A DNA stretch of 64,000 bases from Selaginella moellendorffii (lineage: Eukaryota > Plantae > Lycopodiophyta): positions 157,350-221,349 of the forward strand of contig NW_003314263.1 in NCBI RefSeq assembly GCF_000143415.4. Reading direction: 5' to 3'. The stretch's first letter is position 1; each line of letters begins with the position of its first letter. The notes under the pieces are model-generated. The model was not told where the DNA came from. It was given only the letters and a program-made list of their open reading frames with translations, and made no database searches. The position numbers and the translations under genes are program-made. Shown piece after piece: positions 51,501-64,000 of the stretch.

Positions 51501-54500
51501 CACGCTTCTGCTATGCCACTTTAATTTCACGCATTTTATAAACCATTTACACTTAGCTTTTTAGGTACTAAGCTACCTAGAATTGTCTTTGGGAACCTTA
51601 AAAGAACTTTATCCCTTAGCTTGCTAAGACATCTCCTTTCACAAGCTTTCTAATTACCATATGACCTAACATGGACAATTCCATGCTTTCGACTCTCCAT
51701 GGTATCACAGTTGCTAGTAACAACATGCTCGAGCGCCCACTTGATTCTCCACTCCCAACTTGTATAATCACCCTTGGTTATGTTATTCGATTCTTATGGT
51801 TCGATTCTATCCCCTTACTACTTGTTTTTGGCCTCACACATTTCCTTTGGTTATTCTTCTCTAAATTAGGAGGATAACTTTGCACTTTCTACCATGTATT
51901 AACAAGTATTCATAGGGATGAACCTACCCAATAGCCTAGGGAGTGGTTCCTCAATCTGAATATGTTCACCTTATAATCCCACACACCAGGATTAATGTTG
52001 CTATTTATGGGCCTTTATATGCCCATCACTAGCCTTGCCAAAATTTCATTTTTAGCTTTGTCCAATTCGGGTAGATGGATTTCTCTTGTCTTCGCAACCT
52101 TAGACGTTTGAATAGCACCTTCTATCCATCATTTGTTAGGGACTTAGTCCCTTGGGCCTTATCTATTACCTTTATGACACCAAATACCACCTTCTAGTGT
52201 TCTAGAGTGTTTGGGTGTCCTAATGATAGCCTCTTTGATAATGAGTATTCCCTTTCACGACATTGATTTATTATATTGCAACATAAGCAATTTATCCCCC
52301 ATAAGGGTATATTTAACTTCCTTATGCCATTAAGAAGTTTTGGGTAGTTATCTTTTACCAGTTTAACCAATTATTTTACACCTTTTGCTTAGTTGCTTCA
52401 TAATTGTTAGATTCTACAACTCATTGCTGGTGCTTTCACACCTCCATCATTATTTGGGTCACCACACTCTAACCACATGCTTTCTAGATTAAACTATGCC
52501 ATTCCCATTTCCATTAGGATTCTTTTGGGAAAGAGTTTTCATGAACCCATCAATTTAACCTCAAGGCATCACGCCTTGGCACATTAGGTGTCTCCACACT
52601 ATTGGCTCCACGAGCCTACCTTTATGACATTTTTTTCTCGTGTCTAGGTCCTTGCCAAGATCAATACAATTCTTTCTTATGCCAACTATCTATTACCACT
52701 GCACCATAGAGTTTACATACCACTTTGTGTCAAAGTTGTTTTCTTCTGGGAACACCTTTCCTACGATTTTAGTATGGCACATTCTGCTATTAATGAAATA
52801 CCCACTGTTCTCATTTATTGATCGTATGATCTTTCGTGGGGCACAGCACACCTCAGTCCAAATGCTTTTTACCAATCCCTTAGGACCATTCCTTGAATCT
52901 ACTTGAGTCATCTAGCATTTTTAGACTTTGCTAATTCAATAACCCGTAATATCTTATTTTTGAGGTGTTAGCTCACTGGAATACAATTTCGTGTATTCAT
53001 GTCCTACTTATAAGGACCATCTTTGCAAATGTTACTCCAACACTTAATTATTTTTCGTTCTCTATGGGTTACCTTTGCCCCTTGGGACTATCCGTCCCCA
53101 TGATGAGAATACCGACTCATCCTCTAAGTACACCCTAACTCCTTGGGTTTGTTCCAGCATTTATAAAAGGTAGCCCTGGCTACAATTTCAAGGACTTGTG
53201 TCCTCATCCGTATTTGACCTCTCACAGTCATTAATTCCGGTCTCAAATTCATGAGTACTAACCTCAACTATATGACGATAATCTTGTGACTCCTTTATTG
53301 TCTTAGATTTTTTATCTTTCCCGTGATCCCAACTATAGTTGTTTACCACAATTACATTTGCCAGTTTTCTTAGTCAAACACTCATCTAGATCACATCCTC
53401 AACTCCCTGAGGAAAACCTTATATTGTTCATAAGATCCCAAAGTCGTTCCATTATTGGCCCTTTTCTATTCACCACCTCGCCTACAAGTTCACACATGAA
53501 CTGTAGTGGAAAGTCATGTCTTCCTGACTTGCTACTCTTCAAAGATAGGCCCACTTCTAGGACCTTCCGATGCTAACACTAGTGGTGATATACTTGAGCA
53601 CCAATAAAAGTCAAACTAAAGAACAGCTCTAATACCAAATTGTAAGCGACTAAATTTTCCATTTTACTTTAGTCACTTAACCACACGTTTGACCACTTGG
53701 AGGAGTCTCACTCACAACCTCCATAAGTTTTATTCCGAAATTGGGGCTTGCTATCACCAAAAATGGCATCCATACCACTCAACCTTTGCACTTGGTCCAA
53801 ATGCTCCATGTGTCTGATCCTATGGTCAACACCCCAAGATACCACCGACATATCAGCCTGGTACGCTAAGGCTATGCCCATTCACCTTGGTCACACTAGT
53901 GGTCTAACACCACCAACCTCACAGTCCTGTCTCTCAAAGACTAAGTCATCCATCTATGAGTGATCATCCTAAATCCACTCTTTAGCATCTTTAGGATGTC
54001 TGCAAACATGAGGAATAACCTTCCCAATATCTCTTTACCGGTCCCCACCAAGTCCCTTTCTATCCATGGCCGTGTTCGCCAACACTGCCACTGGATAAGG
54101 GCCCATAGGCCCGACCACTAAGTCCCCTTATTCTCTAGAACTTCCTTGTCATGTGACCACTTCCTTGGTCACTACACCAGAGGACTCCTCCTCTTCCTTT
54201 CCACCATCTGGGACTCTAGGACAACATTTCGGAACACCGTGGCCCTATGCGAGCCTTGTGGGTACTCTCCCTGCTTTTTGCCTTTGGGTGCTCTAGCCTT
54301 GGGCTTAGAGCGAGGTTCCCTTGAGCCATGCCAAGTATCCAAGTAGGTAGTGCCACCCACACTTGGACTGGGAGCAGTGACCATTTGATCTCCCAGGGGA
54401 ACTAGAGTCGGCTCTTGAACACTTCACCAAGCTACCCCGTTTGTCAATTCATATTCACTCTAGCCTTGGACTTCCTAGTGGTCATCTCATCACCCAACAG

Positions 54501-55159
54501 CTGGGTATGGCCTTCCTAGGCTAAACTGGCCTTACCCCTAGCCAAACTGGCTCTACTGGGGTCCAACCCCCACACTCTCCCTACTATACTTTTGGAACCC
54601 CTTACAGCGCCCCCCCGCCCCTTACAGCCCCCCCCCCCCCCCCTCTTGGGGGACGATCGCTTTGGGCTTTCACCCAACAGCTTGTATTAATATTCAGACT
54701 TGGACTCAGTCTCGGTCTCAGACTTAGACTGGGTCTCAATCTCGGTCTCAGTCTCGGTCTTGGTTCCATCTCGGGTCCATCTCGGACTCCATCTTAGGTC
54801 CATCTCGGACTCCATTTCGGGTCCATCTCGGACTCCATCTCGGACTCCATCTCGGGTCCATCTCGGGTCCATCTCGGACTCTATCTTGGGTCCATCTTGG
54901 GTCCATCTCGGGTCTATCTCAGACTCCTCCACGTGTCATATGTTGGTCCTATTATGTCCTTTTTCTAAAGACTCACTTACTGCTTGCTTTGTGCTTGTTC
55001 TTCGAGCACTTCATTGGGAGTTCCACTCCCACTCACGACTTTTCAAGTTGGAGCTTTTAGTCCAAACGTGTTATGCTCATTTGGCTTTCGCTTCGGCTAC
55101 TACCACGTGGCAGCCTTTCGGCTCCACTTTGGGCTTTGGGATTTGTGTCTCACAAATGT

Positions 55160-57110
55160 GTAGTACTCCTTGGCAAGGTGCAGTACCTTGGTCATTTTGT
55201 TGATCATTTTTTTTATCACACTGCACCATTGTGAGCATTATTGAAGTCATCAACATCATCTTTCATCTAGTCTATGGACTGTAAATGGGCATTTATAGAT
55301 CTCAAAGAGCTATTGACGACTCCTTCGATTTTGGCATATCCTGACTACACTTGACCTTTCATTTTGCACGTGAATGCTTTTGATATCGGTCTTGAAAGTG
55401 TGCTGATACAAGAGAGCCCGAGTGTGTTTAGTTAGTGCCATCCAATTGCATATATCAATCATACATTACAATCAGCAGAGGTGAACTACTCTACGATAGA
55501 TAAAGAGTGTTTAGCAATAGTTTAGGGTTTTGAGAAATATTATGTATATTTACATGGTTCTCAGACATTACTAAAAAATGATTAAGCTGCAACTATTTCA
55601 TTATTGAAGTGGAAGAATTTAATTGGCCATATTGCTCGATAGGTTTTGAAACTTTAGATATATGATTTTGATGTTATTCATCACCTAGAAAGTTCTATAA
55701 CAGATGTCAATGCCTTGTTTTGAACTCCTTTTTTTTCTTCACTCTCTTCTCATGTTTCTAATAAGCCCATTGTTTCAGCATTTATAAATTTTTTGGATGA
55801 GGATTCCGTGCTATTGGTGGTTGTTGTACTTGACGTTTAGTGTCCACAAAGTGCAAAACAAAATTTACCTTTTCTTGACAAGGTTCATGAAGCTTAAAAG
55901 ATTGAGCCATGGACTTGAAGGCTTTACGATAGGTTTGAGAATTTTGCATCAATTGCTGATGACTTGCCATTTTAGTATTTACATTCTCAATATCATTTTA
56001 AGGATGGTCTTCTTTATTTTATTGGGACAGATCCTAATGATCATTTATGGTTGGTGGTGCCTTCAATCTTTATTCGACATTTTTTCCATGTCTATCATAA
56101 TTCTCCTATTCTAGGTGGGGATATGGGACATTGTCGTATAATTGAGAAGTTACACATATCTTTTTATTAGCCAAAAATGCACCATGATATTATTTAGTAT
56201 ATGCGTAGTTGCATTTGGTGCCAAGCTCGTAATACTCCCCCTCATGTTACAGAAGGACAGTTGGAGTCAATTGCAATTTTCTGTTTGTTTAAATTGGTGG
56301 CATTTTATTTGATGGGACCTTTTCCACGATCGACTGTTAGTAATGAGTATGTCATTATTGTTTTTGACTACTTGACTCATTAGGTAGAAGTCAGTGCTCT
56401 TGCTACTGCATATGCAACTAGTATTGAATACTTCCTCCTCAATCAAGTGGTGTTCCAACATTTTTGTCCGGAGTGGATTCTTTCGGATAATTGTCTTGTA
56501 CTTATGGCTGAGGCATTTCATGTTTTGATGTCTCGGTTGGGGATATGCCACATTTTCATAAGTTCTTATCATCTACAGTCAAATAATTTGGTGAAACGAC
56601 TCATTCAGACCTTCAAAGGGATGATTGTGAAGTATGTGAACTTTCAACATTTAGATTAAAATAGTTATTTGCCATATCTTCAATATATGTATGTTATAGG
56701 GATGAAGAGTTCTATTGGTGTTTCACCATATAAACTCTTATATAGTCATGATTTAATATTGTTAATGAAGTTGAGTTTATCTCCACGATTGCCATAGGTT
56801 ATTGATACTAGGTCGTGAGATCAATATTTGATGAGCATTCTTCCATTTGTCCAAGCAGAGTTTGTTAAACACTTGGGCCGTATCCAAGTGGGACAACTAA
56901 TGGAGTATAAAGTGGATGACTTGGTGCTAGTCCATTTTCCCCATCTTATAGTATATGGTTTATCTAAAGGGATTTTTGCTTAGTGAAAAGGACCGTTTTG
57001 AGTGTTGCAGCAAGTTGGACTACAAGTTAATAAGGTATGGCATAACCTACAGCAAGCCAATCCTCCAGAAATTATGTATGTGTAGTAATTGAAACACTTC
57101 ATACAAAGGG
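55160..57110 (+). pseudogene. pol: Ancient gypsy RNase H-integrase relic (3' part of the pol at 31150-31831)
   Basis: Relics NYSTIDKECLA, CIWCQ, LMGPFPRS, ILSDN, SSYHLQSNNLVKR; many stops. Confidence 0.82.
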
Positions 57111-58216
57111 ATTAGGAACAATTAACACCACTTACAAATCCACCAATACCTCCTCCTAATGTTCCTCTTCATCCCGACCAATCCACGAGAGAACTTTAAT
57201 AGTCTTCTATCATGTGGATGATATGAGGTCTAAGTGTACAACTATAATGCCATATGCTAATATTAGTATAGTGGGATTTTAGTAGTTGTTGGATTGGTTT
57301 CAATTCGGACCTATATAAACTAGGGTTTTTGGGCTAATTAATATATACATTTCTTATATTCTCTTTCCATATTCCATACAATCACATATTGATACTATAA
57401 AAAATTATATCATATTAAAAAAATTTCTTCAAGAGATATATTTTCTTGAATAAGTGTAATACTTCTATATTTTTAATAACTATGATTTATTATTTATTTA
57501 TAAAGTAAATAACCTTGTGAATTATTATTATTTATATTTTTTACTATCCAAAACTCTAAATGGTAAATTCTGGAAATTTAATATAACTTTTTAAATTTAA
57601 TTTACAATATAAATCTATATTATAATAAGACCCTATTTATACTATAAAAAACTATCATATAAACTATATTATAAGACCATCTGGAAGCCTAAGTGTTTAC
57701 TAGATAAAACATTTATGCTAAAAATAAGAAATGAATAAATAATCTTAAAATATAAATATTAATTTTGGCATTGATCACCTTCTAAAGAAATATATATAAT
57801 TAAAAATTCTAAATACTATTATCTTATATTAATACTTAAAAAAGATTATTTTATTTTATTTTTCTAAACTTTAATTTGGATAAATTATGCTTAAAAATAA
57901 AAAAATTAAATATCTAGTAATTGGTATTTAAATCTGCTTATATAAGATACTATCTAAGTTTAGCATAGTAACATATATACATAGACATACTAGGAGCATA
58001 GTATAAATTATTTTATTTATTTTCCTTTAAAATTTTAAGTTTATTTTATTATTGCTCAAATTTTTATTTATCTAAATATAAAATGAATTAAATACTTTAT
58101 CTTGACAGTATCAACTTTTTAATGTGCTTTCTTTCATTCTTATATAAAATAATAAAAATTTAATCAGACAATTTAAAAATTATTTAAACTAATAGAAGTG
58201 CTTTATAATTAGAAAT

Positions 58217-59104
58217 TTACAATTTACAAGTAAAACCACTTTGCCATGTTGGTATATTTGGAATTCCATCCTTAGAAATTATTAAATTACAATCCTTTTG
58301 AACATGAAATATTGATAGCATAACACAATTATAGCTTCTACAATAGCTTCCACTTGACCAGTAATTATTTATATCAAAAGCTCCATATAAAACAAGATTG
58401 CCATCTTCTTGCATTCTCAAGTTACAATCAAAACTTTTCCCATATGTTTCTGTACTCCAAAATGCATTAGTAGCAATGTAAAATACAACATTACAATCAT
58501 ATTGCATAATTATTGTAAAATATTTTGAATAATCAATTAATTCTTGTCCAATTTTTAATGTTGCCAATGGCATGTTCTTATACCCACTTATAAGTCTAGT
58601 ATTCAGTGGGTTACAGAAGTAAGAAACTTTTGCTAATAGTGTAGTACTAGATGGAGATTTTGGGAAATAATCTCTTATACTATATAATAAACCAAATACT
58701 CCAACCTCTGGATCAAAAATAACTGTTAGAAAATGTGCTGCATTATTTCTTATAATAATTGGGATAATTTCTCTACTAGCTCTTGTGAGTACACCCACTA
58801 CTCTATTATTTTCAACTATTCGTCTTCCTTGAGAATCAACACCACAATCTATATAACTTGAAAATATGAAAACATTTAAATTAAATGTTAATCCCTCCAT
58901 CCCTCCTATACTGAAGGGCATTGTTGGAGTAGATTCTATTGGTGTGTGTCCTCCTGAAGGAAGTGCAATTACAATGAAATTTATAAGAGCACTAACAACA
59001 ATAACAGGATCTATATTCATTGCTGTTAGAGCTCCTTGATGTGCAAAATATACAACATGATACTCATTTGTAGTAGTGATCATATTTATAATTGAAGAAA
59101 TCAA
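58217..59104 (-). CDS. Two-domain protein: unrecognised N-terminal domain plus C-terminal bulb-type (GNA-like) lectin domain
   Basis: Three QxDxNxVxY-type repeats: MQYDCNVVFY, MQEDGNLVLY, VQKDCNLIIS, with WST/WSS/WQS; start uncertain (ATG ~59083 or an upstream exon). Confidence 0.8.
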   Translation of the reverse strand: MISSIINMITTTNEYHVVYFAHQGALTAMNIDPVIVVSALINFIVIALPSGGHTPIESTPTMPFSIGGMEGLTFNLNVFIFSSYIDCGVDSQGRRIVENNRVVGVLTRASREIIPIIIRNNAAHFLTVIFDPEVGVFGLLYSIRDYFPKSPSSTTLLAKVSYFCNPLNTRLISGYKNMPLATLKIGQELIDYSKYFTIIMQYDCNVVFYIATNAFWSTETYGKSFDCNLRMQEDGNLVLYGAFDINNYWSSGSYCRSYNCVMLSIFHVQKDCNLIISKDGIPNIPTWQSGFTCKL

Positions 59105-60733
59105 ACTTATCTATATTATATATGATATATGTGTGTTTATATATATATATATATATATAAACTTGAACCTGTTTCAAGAAACTATTATAATACTATAATA
59201 TAATATTTATCATTTTATATTTTACCTATTCATAAATGATAATACTTCTAAATATTATTATTTTTTATTAATCATATTTTGCTAGTATAGTTTTCTTGCT
59301 AAGAGTTTTTTTAATTTTTTATAGAACATTATTTAATCCATATAATCCAATATAATATTTTCATAATGTTTTGTATATATTATATACACAGAAAGTTACC
59401 ACTATTTATAGACTATTAAATTATATTAAATATATTAAAATTAGTTTCTATAATATATTTATTATAATTGAAAAAATCTAGCATTAAGAATTTGTAAGAT
59501 AAAAATGGCTTGAGGGAAGGTCCATTAGACCCTCTTTCTCTATTGGTTAAGAATTCTGGGATATAACTTATTTGTGGAGTTTGTGACACACTTCTTGTTG
59601 TGGAGGATCCCAAGGCAGTTTTTGAGAAGGAGGCTGATGATTTTGTGCTTATTGGGACTGAGAAACCCCTGTGCAACAACTCTTTTCTAAGTGAGCAGAA
59701 AAATCTAGTTGCCTCCAATGAATCCCCAAGAGCGGATCTACCACAGCCATGGGGATTGCAACTGGTCACCATAGTGTGGTGCTTAACATCCACCCTCAAG
59801 TCTCTTCATGTGTACTAACTCTGCCTTTATAGTAGATCTTTTAGGTCCAAGGTCTTTTAGGTCTTTTAGGTACTTTATTATGCAATCTTGTGAGCTTAGC
59901 AAGCAATGTGTTTAGGATTCAGAATGCAACCAGCATATTCATGACAAAGAAGCTACACTGTAATAAGGTATCTTGATGACATTAGACACCACAACTTCTT
60001 TGGCCACTCTGATCATCTTCAACACATCCCAACTTAACTACTCCTCTATTAGTGAGGCTTCCCACTCTACCACCACAAGCCAGCCCCAATGGGGATGTGA
60101 CCATGCTGTAAAGGTGGCAAGCAAGCAATAGTTTGACTTTCAATATCCATCCTAACTATTTGGCACCTTTTGCCAACTTCTTCAACTTCCCACCAATGAA
60201 AAATTCTGACTTCATCCTATTGAGTTTGAGGCATTTTCCCCCAATGCTACTGACCCTTTGTTTGACCACTAGATCTGCATTATTGATGGATAATGACCTT
60301 TCCATCACATAGAGACTCCCATTTGTCTAGAAGGCAATAGACTTCATGGACTCCTCACAATAGGGAAGTTCATCACTTTAGTCACGATCTAGCTCTTGAG
60401 GGTGACTCCACTAGCTTCAATGACATTTCCAAGGCTCTCTTCAACCTTTTGGGATGAGTTGCAACAAAGCTACATTATAGTGGATGGTCAACATATGTGT
60501 TATGACCCAATGCTAAATAATAATATAAAGAGGTTTAACCTCACCTAGATTATGTTATTCTTCCTCTTGATGTTCCTCACCAATCAACCACCCTTAAGCT
60601 ACTTCAAATGCTCCAAGTTAAGATCCTTACTTTATATACCTTTGAGCTTATTTTTGACTCATTTGACCACGTGGTCAAAGCTGACCTTTACCAATTCTTC
60701 CCCGCAAAAAAGTTTTTATCCTAAGGATGAGTT

Positions 60734-63300
60734 TGTAAAAAATTAATTTTTTCATTCTACTTTAGTCATTTAACCATGTTTTTGACCATTTGGAGGAGTT
60801 TCACTCACAACCTCCATAAGTTCTTATCCTAACTTAGGGAATTTGCTAGCTCCCAAATATGATCTCAAAGCCACATTGATGAAACACTTAGTCTAAGTGT
60901 TCCATATGTCCAATTTCACTTTAGATATTTGCTAATACCACCACTAGTTTATGGCCTAATGGCATATCCACTAAATCCCATTAACTTTAAGGATTTCCTC
61001 ATCATATAATCATACCCTTGGTCACTAAGCAAGAGGGCCATTCCTCTTTATTTCCACAGTCTGACACTTTGGGATAACATTTTAAAACACTGTGGTTCAA
61101 TACAAGCTTTTTAAGTACTCTCCCCACCTTTTGCCACCAGGATACCTCAGCCATATGGCTAGAAATAGGTTTCAATAAGCCACACAAGGTATCCAAGTAT
61201 GTAATACCACCCATACTTGGATTGGGAATATTGATCATTCAATCTTTTGAAAGAGCTAGAGCTAACTTTTGAATACTTCACTAAATCACCCCACTTATCA
61301 ATCCATGTTCACTTTAGCCTTAGACTTTTTGGTGTTTATATCATCACCCAACACATAGGTATAACCTTATTTAGTCACACTAACCTTCTTTAACCATACT
61401 AGTTCCACTAGATCCTGCATCAGTCTCTNNNNNNNNNNNNNNNNNNNNNNNNNNNNNNNNNNNNNNNNNNNNNNNNNNNNNNNNNNNNNNNNNNNNNNNN
61501 NNNNNNNNNNNNNNNNNNNNNNNNNNNNNNNNNNNNNNNNNNNNNNNNNNNNNNNNNNNNNNNNNNNNNNNNNNNNNNNNNNNNNNNNNNNNNNNNNNNN
61601 NNNNNNNNNNNNNNNNNNNNNNNNNNNNNNNNNNNNNNNNNNNNNNNNNNNNNNNNNNNNNNNNNNNNNNNNNNNNNNNNNNNNNNNNNNNNNNNNNNNN
61701 NNNNNNNNNNNNNNNNNNNNNNNNNNNNNNNNNNNNNNNNNNNNNNNNNNNNNNNNNNNNNNNNNNNNNNNNNNNNNNNNNNNNNNNNNNNNNNNNNNNN
61801 NNNNNNNNNNNNNNNNNNNNNNNNNNNNNNNNNNNNNNNNNNNNNNNNNNNNNNNNNNNNNNNNNNNNNNNNNNNNNNNNNNNNNNNNNNNNNNNNNNNN
61901 NNNAGCTGCAGCTCTCCTGAGAGCCCCCTGCCCTCTGGACACCCTACCCCTCAGGTCGAGCCCAGCTGGAACAAATTGAACCTATTAGATGTCAATTAAC
62001 ATATGATGTGATTCCCCTAAGCTAACCAACAGAGTCAGATCTGAGACTTCTCTGATACCAAATGTAAACTCTTGAGTTTGGACTTCCTAGGAGGTCACTC
62101 AGCCCAATACTATTCAAACCTAAAGATGTTTAACCCCAAATATCCCAAGACCTTTAACCAATTAGAAAAGGGGGTGCATTTTTATTCATAGGCCCTTTCC
62201 TTCTATATTTGAACCCCTATGGATTGTCTCTTGAGTCGTTCTCTTTGGTTGCTTACATTCCACTTTTGCTCTCGACTTTTTAAGTTAGAGCTTTTGGTCC
62301 AAACCTATTATGTTTATTGAATTTTCATTTTGGCTATTGCCACATGGCTCACCCTTAGTTCTATTTTGGGACTTAGGGATTTGTATTTTATAATTTCACC
62401 ACCTATAGATGAAGTTTGATGTCCTCATTGAATGATAAATTATTTTATGAAATAACTATATTATGGATTATTATTTTTATCTTTTGCATCAAGCCATTAT
62501 TCACTAATAGTTTAATGCCAGAAACTCATCATGCCTTGCATATCCTTAAGGAGTATAATCCTTTCAATTTAGAGACTTATTGAATCACTTGTGATGGTTT
62601 TCTCATTCTACTGGTTTAGATCTTGCTAAACCAAGATTAAACCAAGACTAAACCAAATTAGAAGCACCTTTTCTATCTCAATCTTGCCACTCATTCTGGA
62701 GTAGTTTTGAATCATATTAATATAAAGATCACCCTTTGGAACTTTAGTATTAACTTCTCATATCAATTTCTTAGGTTTTTTCAATATTTTTTATTGCACA
62801 TCTTTATTGTGCAAACTTTAACTCCCTATCCTAAGGAGTTCTTTACTTGAGGATATTATTATCTTCTTTTTTATTTTGTGCCAACCTAAGTATTAAATTC
62901 TATTTATCCATAATTTGTGCTAAGTTCTTGATGGCTTTATCATTTGCCTACTCTATCTATTAAAGTTTTCACCTTTTGCTAAATTAGAGTACTTAGGAAT
63001 CATCTCCCTTAGAATTTTATTACTTTACCCATAATATGTTAGCATCCACTCCATGGTGGTTTCTCACCTAATTTATCATTTGGATTCACTCTAACAATTT
63101 CTAAGACCCATTCTTAGCCACTAGTGTTTTGCTTTTATCTTTTAATTATTATATCAAACAACATAAGATTGTTACCTTTGTCCTTAGAGTATCTTTTTTT
63201 TTTTATGGTGTTCACCTTTAATAATGTAAGCTATAAATTATTCCTTTCCGATTTGCTAATTTACTTTATCTATCTGACTACCACTGCCTTGGCCTTAATT
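60734..63300 (-). mobile_element. Old degenerate family-A-like LTR and internal fragments; further PBS/LTR edge at ~62050-62070
   Basis: 60734-61400 aligns by eye to LTR 53641-54540; 62230-62700 to 50150-50530; CTCTGATACCAAATGT at ~62050. Confidence 0.7.
61429..61903. other. Assembly gap
   Basis: Run of N. Confidence 1.
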
Positions 63301-64000
63301 AAGTTCCTTTGTTAAGGTTCCCGCGTATAATACTAACTCCTACTTGGCTTCAACTACTCACTGTATAAACAATAGGGTGTTAGCCATCTATCCACAGAAT
63401 CCTAAATTGTCTCCTAATCCTCCTCCCTGGATTAGACTAGATTTAAATTTCAACTACACTCCCTGCAAGCACAAGCAACCAAGCACACTAAGTTTCTAGG
63501 TTTCTAACATCTCTTGGTACCACAAGACTTGATCATAGGACCCTCTAAATCCCAAGCTTTGTGTGCATCACTTACTTTGGGACCTTGAAGGGGAAACATC
63601 GTGGCCTAGTAGCCTAGTATGGGTACCCTTATTCCTCCACTTCCATCCTAAAGGAAAGGCCTAAGCCCCTAAGAAAGAGTAGGGACTAATAAGCCGTATA
63701 GTACTCAAATGGGGTACCACTCCATATGAGTCAAAAGCACTATAGTTGGTTTCCCTTTCAGGAGTGGGAGTTGCTCTTAAGCATTTCCTTAGGTGGCCTT
63801 TTTGGCACCACCTAACTCCATGCTCACTCTCACTCGAGGCCCTAACCCCCAATCTCAACCTCAAGTCAATTTAGAAGCATCATTGGAAAGTTTCTTTAAG
63901 ACTAATTCTTGGACCTCATTATCTCTAATATACTTTTGGAACCCCTTGCCCCCCCCCCCCCCCCCCCCGACGGGGGGGTCCGGGGTGGGGGCGTCCCCCC

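Larger units (their letters stand above)
31832..55154 (-). mobile_element. Family-A non-autonomous LTR element (5' LTR 53641-55154; internal 50295-53640; 3' LTR split 31832-32189 + 49152-50294)
   Basis: TSD GATGT/AATGT; PBS reverse complement GCTCTAATACCA at ~53626-53637; flanks rejoin a single old pol. Confidence 0.82.

Noticed and set aside
63940-64000. G/C homopolymer-rich end
   Set aside because: Resembles the poly-C tract of the LTR families and low-quality sequence; no independent feature

Overview
Repeat-dense land-plant genomic DNA. CCCTAAA telomere-type motifs, 35-60 nt introns and chromovirus LTR elements suggest a non-seed plant such as a lycophyte (inference). The main feature is a 20-kb DNA transposon (713-20764) with perfect 24-bp terminal inverted repeats (TIRs) and a target-site duplication (TSD) confirmed by two empty-site paralogs in the window. 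It carries a Sola-like DDD transposase on the + strand. On the - strand it carries a divergently transcribed multi-exon cargo gene: ParB/Srx-like domain, degenerate DNA-methyltransferase-like fold, low-complexity linker and FCP1/NIF-type HAD phosphatase. About 25-30 copies of a 22-bp palindrome (ATGGCRTG-N6-CAYGCCAT) are scattered through it, several filling tiny introns. It also has an internal ~3.2-kb tandem duplication and a 3.05-kb TG..CA insertion carrying gag. The region 20.8-57 kb is a deep nest of Ty3/gypsy LTR retroelements (a chromovirus family 'B' and a non-coding LARD-like family 'A') resolvable by TSDs. An AT-rich island at 57-59.5 kb holds a gene with a bulb-type (GNA) lectin domain; LTR debris and two N gaps complete the window. 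All domain calls are by eye from motifs; no searches were run.
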